A stretch of DNA of 64,000 nt from Octopus sinensis (taxonomy: Eukaryota), in contig NC_042998.1 of the NCBI RefSeq assembly GCF_006345805.1, positions 78,864,001 through 78,928,000 on the forward strand, in the 5' to 3' direction. The translations under genes were made by a program, and so were the position numbers. Shown one piece after another: positions 39,590 through 52,056 of the stretch (position 1 is its first letter; each line of letters starts with the position of its first letter). The notes under the pieces are model-generated. The model was not told the DNA's origin. It ran no database searches and saw nothing but the letters and a program-made list of their open reading frames with translations.

Positions 39590-39786
39590 ACACCGATCTA
39601 TCATTTGCCATGATAGATCACTAGCCACTACACATTCTTTATTTTCTCTCCTTGTTTCTTTCTGTGGAAGAGCGTAGGCTCGAAACATTAAAGACTTTTT
39701 CACTTCCCGAGCGTTATACTAATACGTCTGTTTGTTGTCTACACCACCTGTCTTCGTCTTTTGATTTTTTGTGAATTCTCCCTAAA
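39590..39786 (+). mobile_element. Short Penelope-type terminal repeat with decayed hammerhead motif
   Basis: cttt-ctgtgga-a-gagc-gtag-gctc-GAAA-cat-t-aaag at 39658-39693. Homologous to 41345-41520. Between (TA)n tracts. Confidence 0.6.
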
Positions 39787-39805
39787 TATATATATATATA
39801 TATAT

Positions 39806-39975
39806 TCCCTTCCTTGGACCTTTCCTTTTTCTATGTTTCTGACAAAGAGCTCCGCTTGAAATGTTAAATCCTCCTTCTTACTTTCCTCTCCTGAGCGTCC
39901 AATAACACTATTTGTTCCACATCCTAGCGTTGTTGTGTTTTCTCTTTGTGTTTTCATGTTTGGATTAACTATATC
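39806..39975 (+). mobile_element. Second short Penelope-type repeat subfamily with decayed hammerhead
   Basis: ttt-ctgacaa-a-gagc-tcc-gctt-GAAA-tgt-t-aaa at 39836-39868. It differs from CTGACGA/gctcGAAA/cgt only by CpG-type transitions. Confidence 0.55.
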
Positions 39976-40396
39976 CTCATACTACATTTCATCACAAATC
40001 TAGAAATTCTTTTCCATCGGTACCCTGCCAAATTGCCAATTGTATTGTTGTTTTTTTCCGATCTACAGTTTCTACAACTTCTCTTTCTTTCTCTTTTATT
40101 TCTATTCTTTCTGACATTTTTCTTTTTTCCTCTTTCTGGCTTTCTTGATTTATTAGCATTTTTCATCCATATCTTTTATGCTTGGAATAACATACATTCT
40201 AGGAAAGTAAAGCTTTAAATGCCATATTTTGTAATTTGTTTGTCATTAAATTCTGCAAAGTAGAATAGAATCATGTTCTTCATGTTATTGCAACAATGTT
40301 GAAATTTCTAATGTAACATCGATATAGGGACACTGCCATTTAAAAAAAAGTATTATTACTACTTAAATGTTTCTTTATATATGTAGATATATATAG

Positions 40397-40800
40397 ATGT
40401 GGTTGAGTGGTAAGAAGCTTGCTTCCCAAGGCGGCCAGCTTGCAGAAACATTAGCGTGCCGGGCGAAATGCTTAGCAGTATTTCATCTGTCTTTACGTTC
40501 TGAGTTCAAATTCCACCGAGGTCGACTTAACCTTTCGTCCTTTCGGAGTCGATAAATTAAGCACCAGTTATGCACTGGGGTCGATGTAATTGACTCGATC
40601 CCTTTGTCTGTCCTTGTTTGTCCCCTCTGTGTTTAGCCCCTTGTGGGCAATATGGAAATAAGAAGCTTGCTTCCCAACCACATGGTTCTGGATTCAGTCG
40701 CACTACGTGGCACCTTGTGCAAATGTCTTCTACTATAGCTTTGGGCTGACCAAACCCTTATGAGTAGATTTGGTAGATGGAAACTGGAAGAAGCCCATCA
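40397..40800 (+). mobile_element. SINE family A head interrupted by a SINE B insertion
   Basis: The head resumes after a duplicated taagaagcttgcttcccaa. Confidence 0.85.
40430..40658 (+). mobile_element. SINE family B, full length, nested
   Basis: Perfect 19-bp TSD taagaagcttgcttcccaa at 40411-40429 and 40659-40677. Confidence 0.93.
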
Positions 40801-41344
40801 TATATGTGTGTGTGTATGTATATATATGTATATATTTGTGTGTGTGTGTGTGTGTATTATATATATATATTTAAATGCATACACACACACATACATACTA
40901 TGGCATATGAGCAGTGACAACATCATGTTGAGAGAACTCTAGTTTTGACTGTCCTGTCCTCTTGAAAGAAAGAAATGAAGGTTTGATGCAGAAACAGAGG
41001 CACCGGGGTGGGGGTGATAGTATGGAAGAGGGAGGAAAAATGAGCTAGACAGTATTAGAGAGAAGAGAGATAGAGAAAGTAACAGCAGTGTTTAACAGGA
41101 GAGGGACAGTAAAGGTAGAAGGGAATTAGGAGAAAGAAAGGGTAGGTACATGTTTGCTAGGAAGAAAGATCATGAGGGATATTCAGAAATGGTCATTGGT
41201 ACAAAAGTGTACTAGATGTCAATAATGAGTGACCTTCCACAGTTTCTGCCATCCAATTCACAAGGGATGGGTCAATTCAAGACTATAGTAGATGGCAGCT
41301 ACTGAAGGTACTGCACTTTGCATTCCACCCATAACCATTTCATT

Positions 41345-41517
41345 GCTAGTATAATATATATATTTTTTTCTCTTCTTCTTTTTTCTGTGTCCCTTTCTGT
41401 AGTAGAGCGTAAGCTCAAAAACGTAAAAGACATTTTTCTATTCTTGAGCGTTATACTAATACATCTGTTTGTTTTGTACACCACCTCTCTTCGTCTTTTG
41501 TTATTTTCGTAAACTCT

Positions 41518-41520
<3 letters not shown>
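41345..41520 (+). mobile_element. Short Penelope-type repeat (same family as 39590-39786)
   Basis: cttt-ctgtagta-gagc-gtaa-gctc-aaaa-acgt-aaaaga, followed by the shared gagcgttatactaatac...caccacct...cttcgtcttttg. Confidence 0.65.
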
Positions 41521-41566
<46 letters not shown>

Positions 41567-41569
<3 letters not shown>

Positions 41570-41948
41570 AAGCACTCCGTCGGTTACGACGACGAGGGTT
41601 CCGGTTGATCCGAATCAACGGAACAGCCTGCTCGTGAAATTAACGTGCAAGTGGCTGAGCACTCCACAGACACATGCACCCTTAACGTAGTTCTCTGGGA
41701 TATTCAGCGTGACACAGAGAGTGACAAGGCCAGCCCTTTGAAATACAGGTACAACAGAAACAGGAAGTAAGAGTGAGAGAAAGTTGTGGTGAAAGAGTAC
41801 AGCAGGGATCACCACCATCCCCTGCCGGAGCCTCGTAGAGCTTTAGGTGTTTTTGCTCAATAAACACTCACAACGCCCGGTCTGGGAATCGAAACCGCGA
41901 TCCTATGACCGCGAGTCCACTGCCCTAACCACTGGGCCATTGCGCCTC
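41567..41948 (-). mobile_element. tRNA-derived SINE family C, full length, inserted in (TA)n
   Basis: Highly similar to the reverse complement of 36055-36426, and includes the ggcgcaatggcccagtgg 5' end. Confidence 0.94.
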
Positions 41949-41997
<49 letters not shown>

Positions 41998-41999
41998 TA

Positions 42000-42480
42000 T
42001 TCTTATGAAACACATAGACTGTATAGAAGTGCTCAAGTTGAACCTGAGACATTAGACAGGTATAATAAATGAATGAAAAGCATTCAAGTTTGGCAAACTA
42101 CAATGAACACATGTGTACGGATTTAATTACGATAAAAATTGCCTAAAGTAAAACATATTACAAATATAAAAAATAGAAAATTATATGAATATTAAAAATA
42201 CATGTGGACATATAAAAATATGAATACGAATGCAATAAGCATAGTAATAGCATAATGAATTAAAGGAATTTAGATAAAAACGGTTTTAAAAAAGAATTGA
42301 AAATATAGTGAAGAGATAATAATAGGCATCAAATAAGGTTTCGGGTTACATATTATAAGAAAATATTCCAACAGCTTTTTCTGGGGTTCATTCGTCTGGG
42401 TAAAAAAAATGAATCTATGAATCTTAAAATTCATTTACAGAGAATGCCTCCTTCATCAGGGGAAAAGTGATATTCACAGT
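42000..42480 (-). mobile_element. Probable Penelope terminal remnant with decayed hammerhead motif
   Basis: Minus strand CTGATGA-a-ggag-gcatt-ctct-gtaa at 42432-42462 (GAAA changed to GTAA). A-rich context. Confidence 0.35.
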
Positions 42481-42662
42481 AGATATGCATTCAGTGCATG
42501 TGTGTGTGTAAATAAAGGGAGAGAGAGAAATGTGGATATCGTACAACATAATAAGACGTACAGAATACAGTGCATATTGTAAAGTGTTTGCGTAGGTGTT
42601 TGGGTGAATTCATAATCATGCAAGTATGTCTGCGTACACAAGTGAGGAAATGTTCACTTCTA

Positions 42663-42694
<32 letters not shown>

Positions 42695-44574
42695 CATGCT
42701 CATGTTTATACATACACATGCACACATGCATGCAAAAGGAATTGAACGCGTGTGTTTGCGAGAAAAATATTTTCATATTACTTGAGAGAATTTACAAACT
42801 GCTTGAAATGTATCTGTTATTTTTATGCATATTTATTTGTTAATTTACCCTAAATGTCCTATCATATACTAACTCAGTAAATACCATTCATTGAAAAACG
42901 TGTTTGTATGTGGACAGTTTATATAAGCTAAGAAACATTTTCATTAAAAGACTGTCTACTTGTTGGTATATTATCTTATTTTGGCAGTCCTATATCTCAT
43001 GTAGATAGGATTTCACCTGAAATTTGAGTACTTGTCGGGGTTTGTGTTGAAAGAGTAGTAATAAAATCTAAGTAGGTATCAGTGAGTTTTGTTGCAGTAA
43101 AACATGCTAAAATCTTGCATATTAACATCTACTAATTCTCTTAGATTTTATAATTTAGACAGCAATCTCTGTTTGGATGTAGTATCACACTTTGCATATG
43201 CCTAGCTTTTTTTTTCTTTTCTTTTTTTTTTTTCCTAAATTAAATACTTTTATTATTTCACCCTGATCACTTCTGACTGAGCAGATCTATGATTATTAAA
43301 AGTTTTCAAGCCATGAACATTCCGTCTTTTTAAAAGCATCTAAAACAACATTATATCATGTCCTTTCCTTATTTAAAACAGTAAGATTTAATTTGAGGGA
43401 CATTTGGTTGCCATATCTAGCAAGTCAAGTGACCATTTAAAGGTTCCATCTTTGACTGAAAATAAGAATGAATCAGCTAGTAAAGATACTTCATGGGGAT
43501 CCTCACTCAAAACATCATTGTGTAATTTTTCTGACATTTGTATGTTTAAATATGCACACATGCATGTATATTAAGTCCATTCTGCTTAATTATATATCTT
43601 TGGTGATTGAATTTCTGATGCAATTACCTAAAGTAGACAATTACCTGAACTTGCTTAATAGGTAAGAAATAAAAATATTTTAATATATTGAGGATAGTAA
43701 GGTAATATGGTTATGTCACATATCGTTGGATTATATAATAAATCAAGAATAAAATAAAATATTTATTATGCTCACTGCATGCCTTGTGCACTGTGAATTT
43801 ATTTTCCACTCAGTCCATGGTAGTTTTATTGTGAAGTTTTATGAGTTTAAATAAGCTTTTAGATCATCTGTCAAAGAGGAGCCTATTAGAAAGCTGTCTC
43901 TTTACATGAGAGAGCGGAAAAATATTTTCAGATGGTGTATTCTGTTGATATATATTAGTGTGACAAGATTTCTCAGTCCCCTGTGATACTCTTCAATTAC
44001 AGTAAAACAGATTCATGTCTTGACAATAAATGTCACGTTATTTCACTCATTATTCCATGTGACAACAACTATGTTCATATAATTTGCTTACATGCCATCT
44101 AATCCAAGCCATCTTTTTCATTGATATGTATTGACATAATAATTGTTTGACTTATCAACCATGAGGTTTTTCAATTCTGTTTTATATTCTTCAATTACCT
44201 GAGCTTAGTGATTCATACATTCTGATAACGGTTTTCATACTTTAAATTACTAGTTGATAACAACGAAGGTTAAATAAGTTAAAAAAAAAAAAAAATTGAG
44301 TCTATCACAGGCTTTATCATCATTTTACACCTATTCTTCTACTTTGGCATGGGCTACATGAAACTTATTGCGGTAGTTTTTCTATAATTGGATACTTCTC
44401 AGGTCACTAACCCCTATTAGTTTTTCAAAAGGGTTGTTTTTCATTCCATTGCTGTGCACTTGTTCATTGGACTGCAAGATTTGTTTATTGGAGAATTTGA
44501 ACAATGTTGCAGTTTCATTTCAAACGGTGTTAATTAGTACATGCACTGACTCTCACACACATACACAGACAAAT

Positions 44575-44804
44575 ACTTGCAGTCATAGCAGATACCAGTG
44601 TCATGCAAATGGCACCTATGCTGGTGGCACATAAAAGAACCCATTACACTCTGAGAGTGGTTGGCATTAGGAAGGGCATCCAGCCATAGAAAAACATGCT
44701 GAATCAGACTGGTGCCTGGTGCAGCCTTCCAGCGTGCCAGCTCAGTCAAACCATCCAGCCGTGCCAGCGTGGACAGCGAATGTTAAATGATGATAATGAT
44801 GATG
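44575..44804 (+). mobile_element. RTE-tail-like repeat family R
   Basis: ggttggcattaggaagggcatccagcc core and gttaaatgatgataatgatgatg tail. Confidence 0.75.
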
Positions 44805-44841
44805 TTTTTGAGAGTTGTTTACAATTGTGGCTTGGTTATTA

Positions 44842-44997
44842 TTTTCTGTTTCAAAGTCAGTGGGAAATTTGACGACACTGCTGCCACCTATGACAACTGT
44901 GCGTATGAGTTGTGTTCATGCAAATAAAACTGATGTACTGAATGTTGAATACAATGCATAATTTGTCTTAAGTTCCCACTGACTTTGAAACAGAAAA
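44842..44997. repeat. Perfect 25-bp inverted repeat with 106-bp spacer
   Basis: ttttctgtttcaaagtcagtgggaa (44842-44866) and ttcccactgactttgaaacagaaaa (44973-44997). Confidence 0.9.
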
Positions 44998-45440
44998 CAA
45001 AATAAATTATTCATTGTGTTCAACACTCACTCTTTAATTTACTTGCATGTACGCAACACACATGCACTTAGAATTTTATCACCATCATTTAACATTCGTT
45101 TCTTATGTTGGCTCGGCTTGAACAATTTGACAGGATTCAGTGAACCACAAATCCATGCTGATCTCCAGTGTCAGTAAAAGCACTCGATACACTTCAGTGA
45201 AGTGTGGTTGGCATAAGGAAGGACATCCAGCAGTAGGAATCATGCCAAAGCAGACACTGTAGGTGAACACAGCTCTCTAGCTTGTCAGTTCATGTCGAAC
45301 TCACCAACCCCTACCAGAATGGGAAAAGGACATTAAATGATGGCGGTGGCATTGTTGTTGTTGGTGGTGGTGGTAGTGGTGGTGTATGTATGTGTGTGTG
45401 TGTGTGTATACAAACTTAATCCTATATTTATTCATTGCAG

Positions 45441-45490
45441 GATTTGGAGGAATTTTCAAACACATGAATAAAAGAGTTTGTACACCAAAG
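45441..45490 (+). CDS. Candidate isolated 50-bp internal exon (GFGGIFKHMNKRVCTPK, phase 1 to 0)
   Basis: tatttattcattgcag| acceptor, aag|gtcagt donor, one open frame. No recognised homology and no confirmed partner exons. Confidence 0.25.
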
Positions 45491-45997
45491 GTCAGTAAAT
45501 GTTATTTTTTTCTCTCATGTTACGTCTTCATACCTTTCTACAGTTTTCTTAAACTCATATTATTCTACTTTTTTTTTAGCACTTTATACCACACACACAT
45601 ACTCACCCTTGCACACATGCATATACACACTCCCCCTCACCCACACACATAGCCTGACACATACATACACTTACCTTCACATATACACTTACACTCACGC
45701 ATATACACACTCACACTCACGCATATACACACTCACCCTCACATACACACTCACGCACACACACAACACAAGCACACACTCACCATCACATATACATTCA
45801 CACATACACACACATGCTGTTAAAGACACATGGGCACCGGGAAGGGGAACTCTGCCTCAAAAAGTTCTATCCAATTCAGGCCAGCAAAGAAAAAGAAACA
45901 TAAGGAATAGTGATGATGATGATGGTGCTGGTGTGTGTAGACATATATTTATACAAACACACACATGTACATATATATATATATATCCATCTATCCT

Positions 45998-46228
45998 TTA
46001 ACTCTTTAGCATTCAGATTACACTGTCAAATGTAATGCTTATATAGTCATGTCATCTTGAATTAATCATGCATTATGTTGTAGTTTCAATGACATGATAA
46101 TGTGATTGTTTATTTTTAAAATGATAATGTAGGGAAGATGTGAGAGGTAAGATCTGGTCAGTTTGAAATTAAAAAAACAGGTGGAATATTTTGGCTGGAT
46201 ATGGCCAGTTTAAATGCTAATGGGTTAA
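45998..46228 (+). mobile_element. piggyBac-like MITE family P1
   Basis: TTAA|ctctttagc ... gctaatggg|TTAA, colinear with 37034-37261. Confidence 0.8.
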
Positions 46229-46954
46229 AATGGTGCCCTAACACAGCTACCCTCTAATAACTAAAGCTATTAACTAAATAAAAGGCTATATCAATACATA
46301 TACACAAGTGTACCTGTTCCATCTATAGTAACAGTAAATATGCTTTTCAAATTTGGATATATTTTAAAATGGTGTTGAGAATAGTTAAGATATAGGAAAT
46401 TATGTATATTTTTGAATAGAGATATTTACGTATTGTAATGTATTTAGCATTAGATGAATTGTGACTTTTATAGTGTTTGTAATTGTTTATATTGAATTCT
46501 CCCTCCATGCTTTCCAGATATGACCTAAAACAGACACGCATACACTGGCTCAGTCTTCACAGGTCATACACCAGCTGGTGCTGCTATACAGTATCTTCCA
46601 CCATGTGGAACAACAACAAACAAAATTAGCTGTTTTTTTTTTGCTCTACTGCTAATTTCTTCATATGATTTGAATTGAGCAGCAGAGGCCCCACCTAATA
46701 TTTTTCTTTATAAATCAATTTTATTTCTCTTCTAATCCTTGACATCTGAGAAATGTCGTCATTTGCGACTAAGAAACTTTGATTAATGTGGAATGAATCA
46801 AATTGTTAATGTGTGTGTGTGTGCATGCGTGCATTTGTGTCTCTGTGTCTTTGTCATAGGTAAGTAGTAAGACAGAGAGACTAGGAGACAAACATGGTTT
46901 AAGCAATATCACTTATACAAACATCATCTTAACACACTCACTCTCTCTCTTTCA

Positions 46955-46989
<35 letters not shown>

Positions 46990-47289
46990 CACACTGAAAC
47001 ATCTACATGTATGCATGTGTGTTTGTGTGTATGTAGGTATATATATCATTTTCATCATCATCATCCTTTAACATTCATCTTCCATGCTAGCATGGGTTGG
47101 ACAAGATCTGATGAGTCCTTTCTGGCAGTCTTTCTACAGTTGGATGTCCTTCCTAACATCAACCATTTTCCAGAGTGTACTGGATCCTTTTTTTTATCCC
47201 CCAAGACACTGGAGTTTGTAACATCACTAAGTAACTTACTTTGTTTAAAGAAAAACCCCAAAAGCCCTCTCAAGCAAATTGGTGCATAG

Positions 47290-48060
47290 TAGACAGGGAA
47301 GTAGCTTTATGCCATATGCTGAGAAGCTTAAAGTATGATATAGAGGCAGAAACAAGTGCCTGCCTTAGTGGGGGAGATATCTGGCTACCCCACGTTATAC
47401 ACAAGTGAGAATAGCTGGAAAGTGATAAAGAAGAGAGATAAGGATAGTGGTGATGTAGTGTCAAGACATGCACTCAAAGTACAAGAGTGTGAGTATATGA
47501 GAGAATAGTGATAGGAGATCAGAAAGGGTGGATGGATAAGAGTGTGAGAAATGCTTAGAAGTGAATATAGTGAATAATGAACAAGGCTGGAGATGTGTTT
47601 GATTGTAAATATTAGTTTGGAGGTTAGGTGAAAAAATAGCAGTGACACGGAACGAAAGAGATGGTAAGTAGCAGATCAGAAATTATGGAGAGCAACAGAT
47701 TAATAAAATTGTAAGATAGATAAGAAATTGGGAGATGAAGTGCAGGGTGAGAGTTTGAGAGGGAGAGACACACACAGAGATGAATGTAAGATTGAATGTA
47801 GTGAGTAGTGCACAAAAATGGATTGGGGGATGTGAATGGGAGACATGTGAATGTTGAGAATGACAGCAGATAGGAGAGTTAGGAATGAGATATGGCAGTT
47901 CTATGATGTCGCTCAGAGGAAAGGGAGAGGTCATTGATGAGACAAAAAAGGAGAGGTGGGGTCCCAATGGAAAGTAAAGTAAGACAGGTTGCTATTGAAA
48001 ACGAGATATGAATTTGAAAAGGAATTGGTTCCAAGGAATCCAAAAGGAATGAAATATGTA
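47290..48060 (-). mobile_element. Degenerate Penelope-like RT remnant
   Basis: Ordered minus-strand motifs: VFNSN..Y (F.FN...Y), IGTP (MGSP), LINDL (YIDDI), SQFLIYLTI (PFLDL.I). Confidence 0.45.
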
Positions 48061-49422
48061 CAGTTTTGCTCTCATAATTACAGCAGCTGATACACATACA
48101 GATACTTATATATGTGCTGCTTGTTTGTTAATAGTTTTAGAGGATTAAGGTACTCTAAGTTTCATATCAGTACCTTAAGATCCTTGAGAAAGAACTTAAG
48201 TTTCATATTTGAAGAAGGGTATGTAGCTAAGATTTTTCAAAACACTTACCCACTTTGTCCTCCACTTTACTTTAGTCATATCTCAAATAACCATCTTGTG
48301 ATATAACCAAAGACAACTTCAAGAATGGAAGTGAAAGTGGCAACAATTAGGAGGATAAGTTGAACCAGATATTTTTTTTCCAATACATGAAACTTGAGTT
48401 GTTGCCTTGGTGGTTATAAGTTACTGTATAATATATATATATATATATATAAATGGAGAGAGAAATGGGTGTATAGTCACTATGCTCCTCTTCCATAAAC
48501 ACACTTTTTCTTCTCTATAATTTGTTTTCGCTTTCTTCTAATGTCTATATTGACAAAGACTAACTCTCTGAATGTCAATAATTCTTCCTGTCCTTTACAG
48601 CATTATGCATTAAGTTTGTATTCTTGTCTGTTGTTTTAGTTGTTTCCAATTCTCCCTCTTCTGCTTTGTACTTTGTCTTCAGGACACACTCACTCACACA
48701 CAGACAGACACACACACACACATTGTGCAAGTGTGTTTCAGGAATATTATAAATGTCTACATATTTTTACGTTTCATTGCCATATGCTAATATCTGTAAC
48801 AAGAGATTTAATGGTGGCAGAGAAAAGAGCATTAATGAATAAAGAAATAAACACAAACCTAATTAAGCATTGAAACAATAATGACAGATAAGAAAAAAAA
48901 AATGTAAATTATAGAATGCAATCAAATTGTAACTGGTTCAGTGATGACCCATTTGGTCACTAAATGTCTTTCAAACTTGAGAGAAGTCTGAGAAAGATTT
49001 ATGTTTGTATTAAAATCTATAAAATATCCCTTTGGGTGGCAGTCTTTCAGGAAATTGGCAGGCAGCAAGAAGCTGGCAGGACTGATGGAGAGAATCAAAT
49101 TTACCATGAGTGAATGGAGAGAATTCCTATAGGTCAGATTTCTGCTGTGATGATAGTTTATGTTCTAAATGTAATGCTGCTTTATTAGGTTCCATCTCAC
49201 TCTCTTCTCTTTATCACTACAACTTTTCTTTTTCACTCGTTTCAAAGTGAGCGTCATTCTATCACGCTATATATCTATCTATCTATCTGCCTGTGCAAAT
49301 CTATTACAATGCTTTCTATTCTATCTAATTATCAACTTGCATACTAATGTATGTTTCTATCAATTCCATCTCTGTCTGTCAGTCTGTCTGTCTGTCTGTC
49401 TGTCTGTATGTATGTATGTATG

Positions 49423-49454
<32 letters not shown>

Positions 49455-49640
49455 ATTAGAGAGTGTGTGTGTTAGACAGATATTTACATCTTTCTCTATG
49501 TGTGTGTGTGTCTATATATATGTACATACATATATATGTATTATATATATATATATATATATAATGAGAAAGAGAGAGTGTGTATGTGTTAGATAGATAT
49601 TTACATCTTTATCTGTATGTGTGTGTGTCTGTATATATAT

Positions 49641-49704
<64 letters not shown>

Positions 49705-50474
49705 TGGGAGAGAGAGAGTCACATATATATATATACACACAGTATGTGTGTGTGTGTATATATATAGATATGCATGTATGAAACAGGCTAAGTCTATTGT
49801 GTGTACCATTGGTCACTTATCTTCTGCTTTAGCCCTAGGCCAGCCAAAGACTTGTGAGTAGATTTAGAACACAGAAACTAAAAACATTCCATGGTATATA
49901 TCTTTTTGTGTGTGTGTGTATGTACATGCGAGTGTCTGTACGTGTGTGTTTGTATATATGACTTTGGGTTTGCATTCTCTTGTCTTGATATCATACGTTG
50001 GTTAAAGCGAGCATTGCCATCATACCATTATGATGTTCATTTCCAGTCTTGTGTAGAAAATGTATCTAGCCAAGGAGAAATATTACTTAGCATGGAAACA
50101 GTTAAGCATTGGCAACAAGAATGGCATCTCGCTGAGGAAAACCTACCTCAATGAATTTCATATGAATCATGCAAAAATGAATGTAAATACAATGATGACA
50201 ACAAAATTATATCTATTTTTCTCTCTCTCTCTCTCTCTCACTCTCATATATATATATCCTTCGTCTTTTGTTTATTTTCATAAAGCTTCCCGTTATATAT
50301 ATATATATACACACACATGTGAGATTATCTGTAAATATATATATATCATCATCATCATCTTTTAATGTCTGCCTTCCATGTTGGCATTGGTTGAATGGTT
50401 CGACAGGATCCTGTGGGCTTCCACCAGCCATTTCTATACTTCTAACTTTCACAGTGACCACCAGTTTAGGGAGA

Positions 50475-51500
50475 TAGGTACCCTATAAATGGCTTTCTTC
50501 AGGTTGATGACAGCAAAGTACAGCAATTTACTTTTGGCTAAATACTTCCTCACTTGTCTTACTTCCTAGTTAGACAACTGCAAGAATAGTATTTCTCCCT
50601 ACTACAATCTAAAAATGCATCTCATCTGGTCTGACTCTCTTCCTAACTAGTTGATCTCTAATTCTGTAACATCCATTATTTGGTCCAGCAATTTAATACC
50701 TCTATAATTATTCCTCTCTAAGGCATCTTTTTTACTCCTCGAACAGTTGACTATAATGCTGCTACATGAGTCACAAGGTATACCTTCCTACACGACTGGA
50801 TTAACTAAGCAATCTCATTCCCTTAGATATTCTATCATGTAGCAGTAATTCTTATCTTTATATCCTTAATTGCTTTATCACTGCTGTCAACTAGAATGGC
50901 TCGTTCCTCTGTAAAGTTCTCATTTGAAAGGCTTTCTTTTTCTCATGTAATCTCCATATTCAGTAACCTCTCACTTTAGTTCTCTCCATGTCTCTTTCTT
51001 TTTAGGGTCACTATATGCAAGTTTACCATTATTCATCCATATTATTCTCCCAGAATGTCTCAACTTTAGTCCTCGCCATCACTCTAAATGCTGAGTGTTA
51101 TCACTAATGACCCCCCCCCCCTACATCCTAAAGACTAGCTCTTCTCTTTAGGGCCAGGAAATATTTCAGCTGCCAGTAGATGCTTGCATTCTGCTAGGCT
51201 TGAGTAATGTCCCCAATAGAATACTTCTCCCACATTTGGAACAGTGCTGCAGCTATGCATACAAACATCCTGTACTGCATCTAGAGAAAGGCTACTCAAG
51301 TGATTGGCATTTAGTTAGCAATGGGCTCCAGAATTTAGTTCACAGGTATTCTGTCTCCTTTTACTGCCTTTTTTACTGTTACTCTAATGGCCATTGTTCT
51401 TCAGAGCTGGCACATCTTATACTTTCACTGCTTTAGAACCTCCTTAAGGTTGACAAGGGGTGGAAGGACATAGTCACCTCTTCTTTCACCAGATTCAGCA
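50475..51500 (-). mobile_element. RTE-clade LINE RT remnant
   Basis: Minus reading across frameshifts: DALERNNYRGIKLLDQIM ... RKYLAKSKLLYFAVINLKKAIYRVP, matching RTE RT motifs 1-3. Confidence 0.75.
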
Positions 51501-51679
51501 AGCAAAAAAAGTAAATATATAAACAATACAATTCAAAATAATAAGAATAATTTCTTATGCATACACTCACACACACACATATATACATGCTTAATAATGT
51601 ACCACATAGTATTTTTGATAAAACAAGTGTGAAGTAAGATGCACTCTTCCTTTTAAAAAATCAAAAATCACAATCAGAA

Positions 51680-52056
51680 TCTCAATCAAATCAAAATCAA
51701 AAATGGAATTTGTAGTTGTGGCCGATGCCAGTGCCACCTGACTGGCTCCCATGCTGGTGGCATGCAATAGGCACCATTCATGCGTGGGTTGTTGCTAGTG
51801 CCACCTGACTGGCTCCCCATGACAGTGGCACATAAAAACCACCATCTGAACATGGTTGATGCCAGTGCTGCCTGACTGGCTCCCATGCCGGTGGCACATA
51901 AAAAGGAAACCCACTACACTCTCGGGAGTGGTTGGCATTAGGAAAGGCATCCAGCTGTAGAAACATTACCAGATCAGATTGGTGTCTGGTGCAGCCTCCT
52001 GGCTTGCCAGTCCCCAGTCAAACCATCATGGAAAACGAACGTTAAACGATGATGAT
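51680..52056 (+). mobile_element. RTE-tail-like repeat family R with internal minisatellite
   Basis: Three gccagtgccacctgactggctcccatg-like units, the aggaaaggcatccagctgtagaaac core and a gatgatga tail. Confidence 0.78.

Noticed and set aside
48302-48419. Imperfect inverted repeat resembling a pre-miRNA
   Set aside because: Arms are gapped and the ~70-nt loop is too long. Expected by chance in AT-rich DNA.
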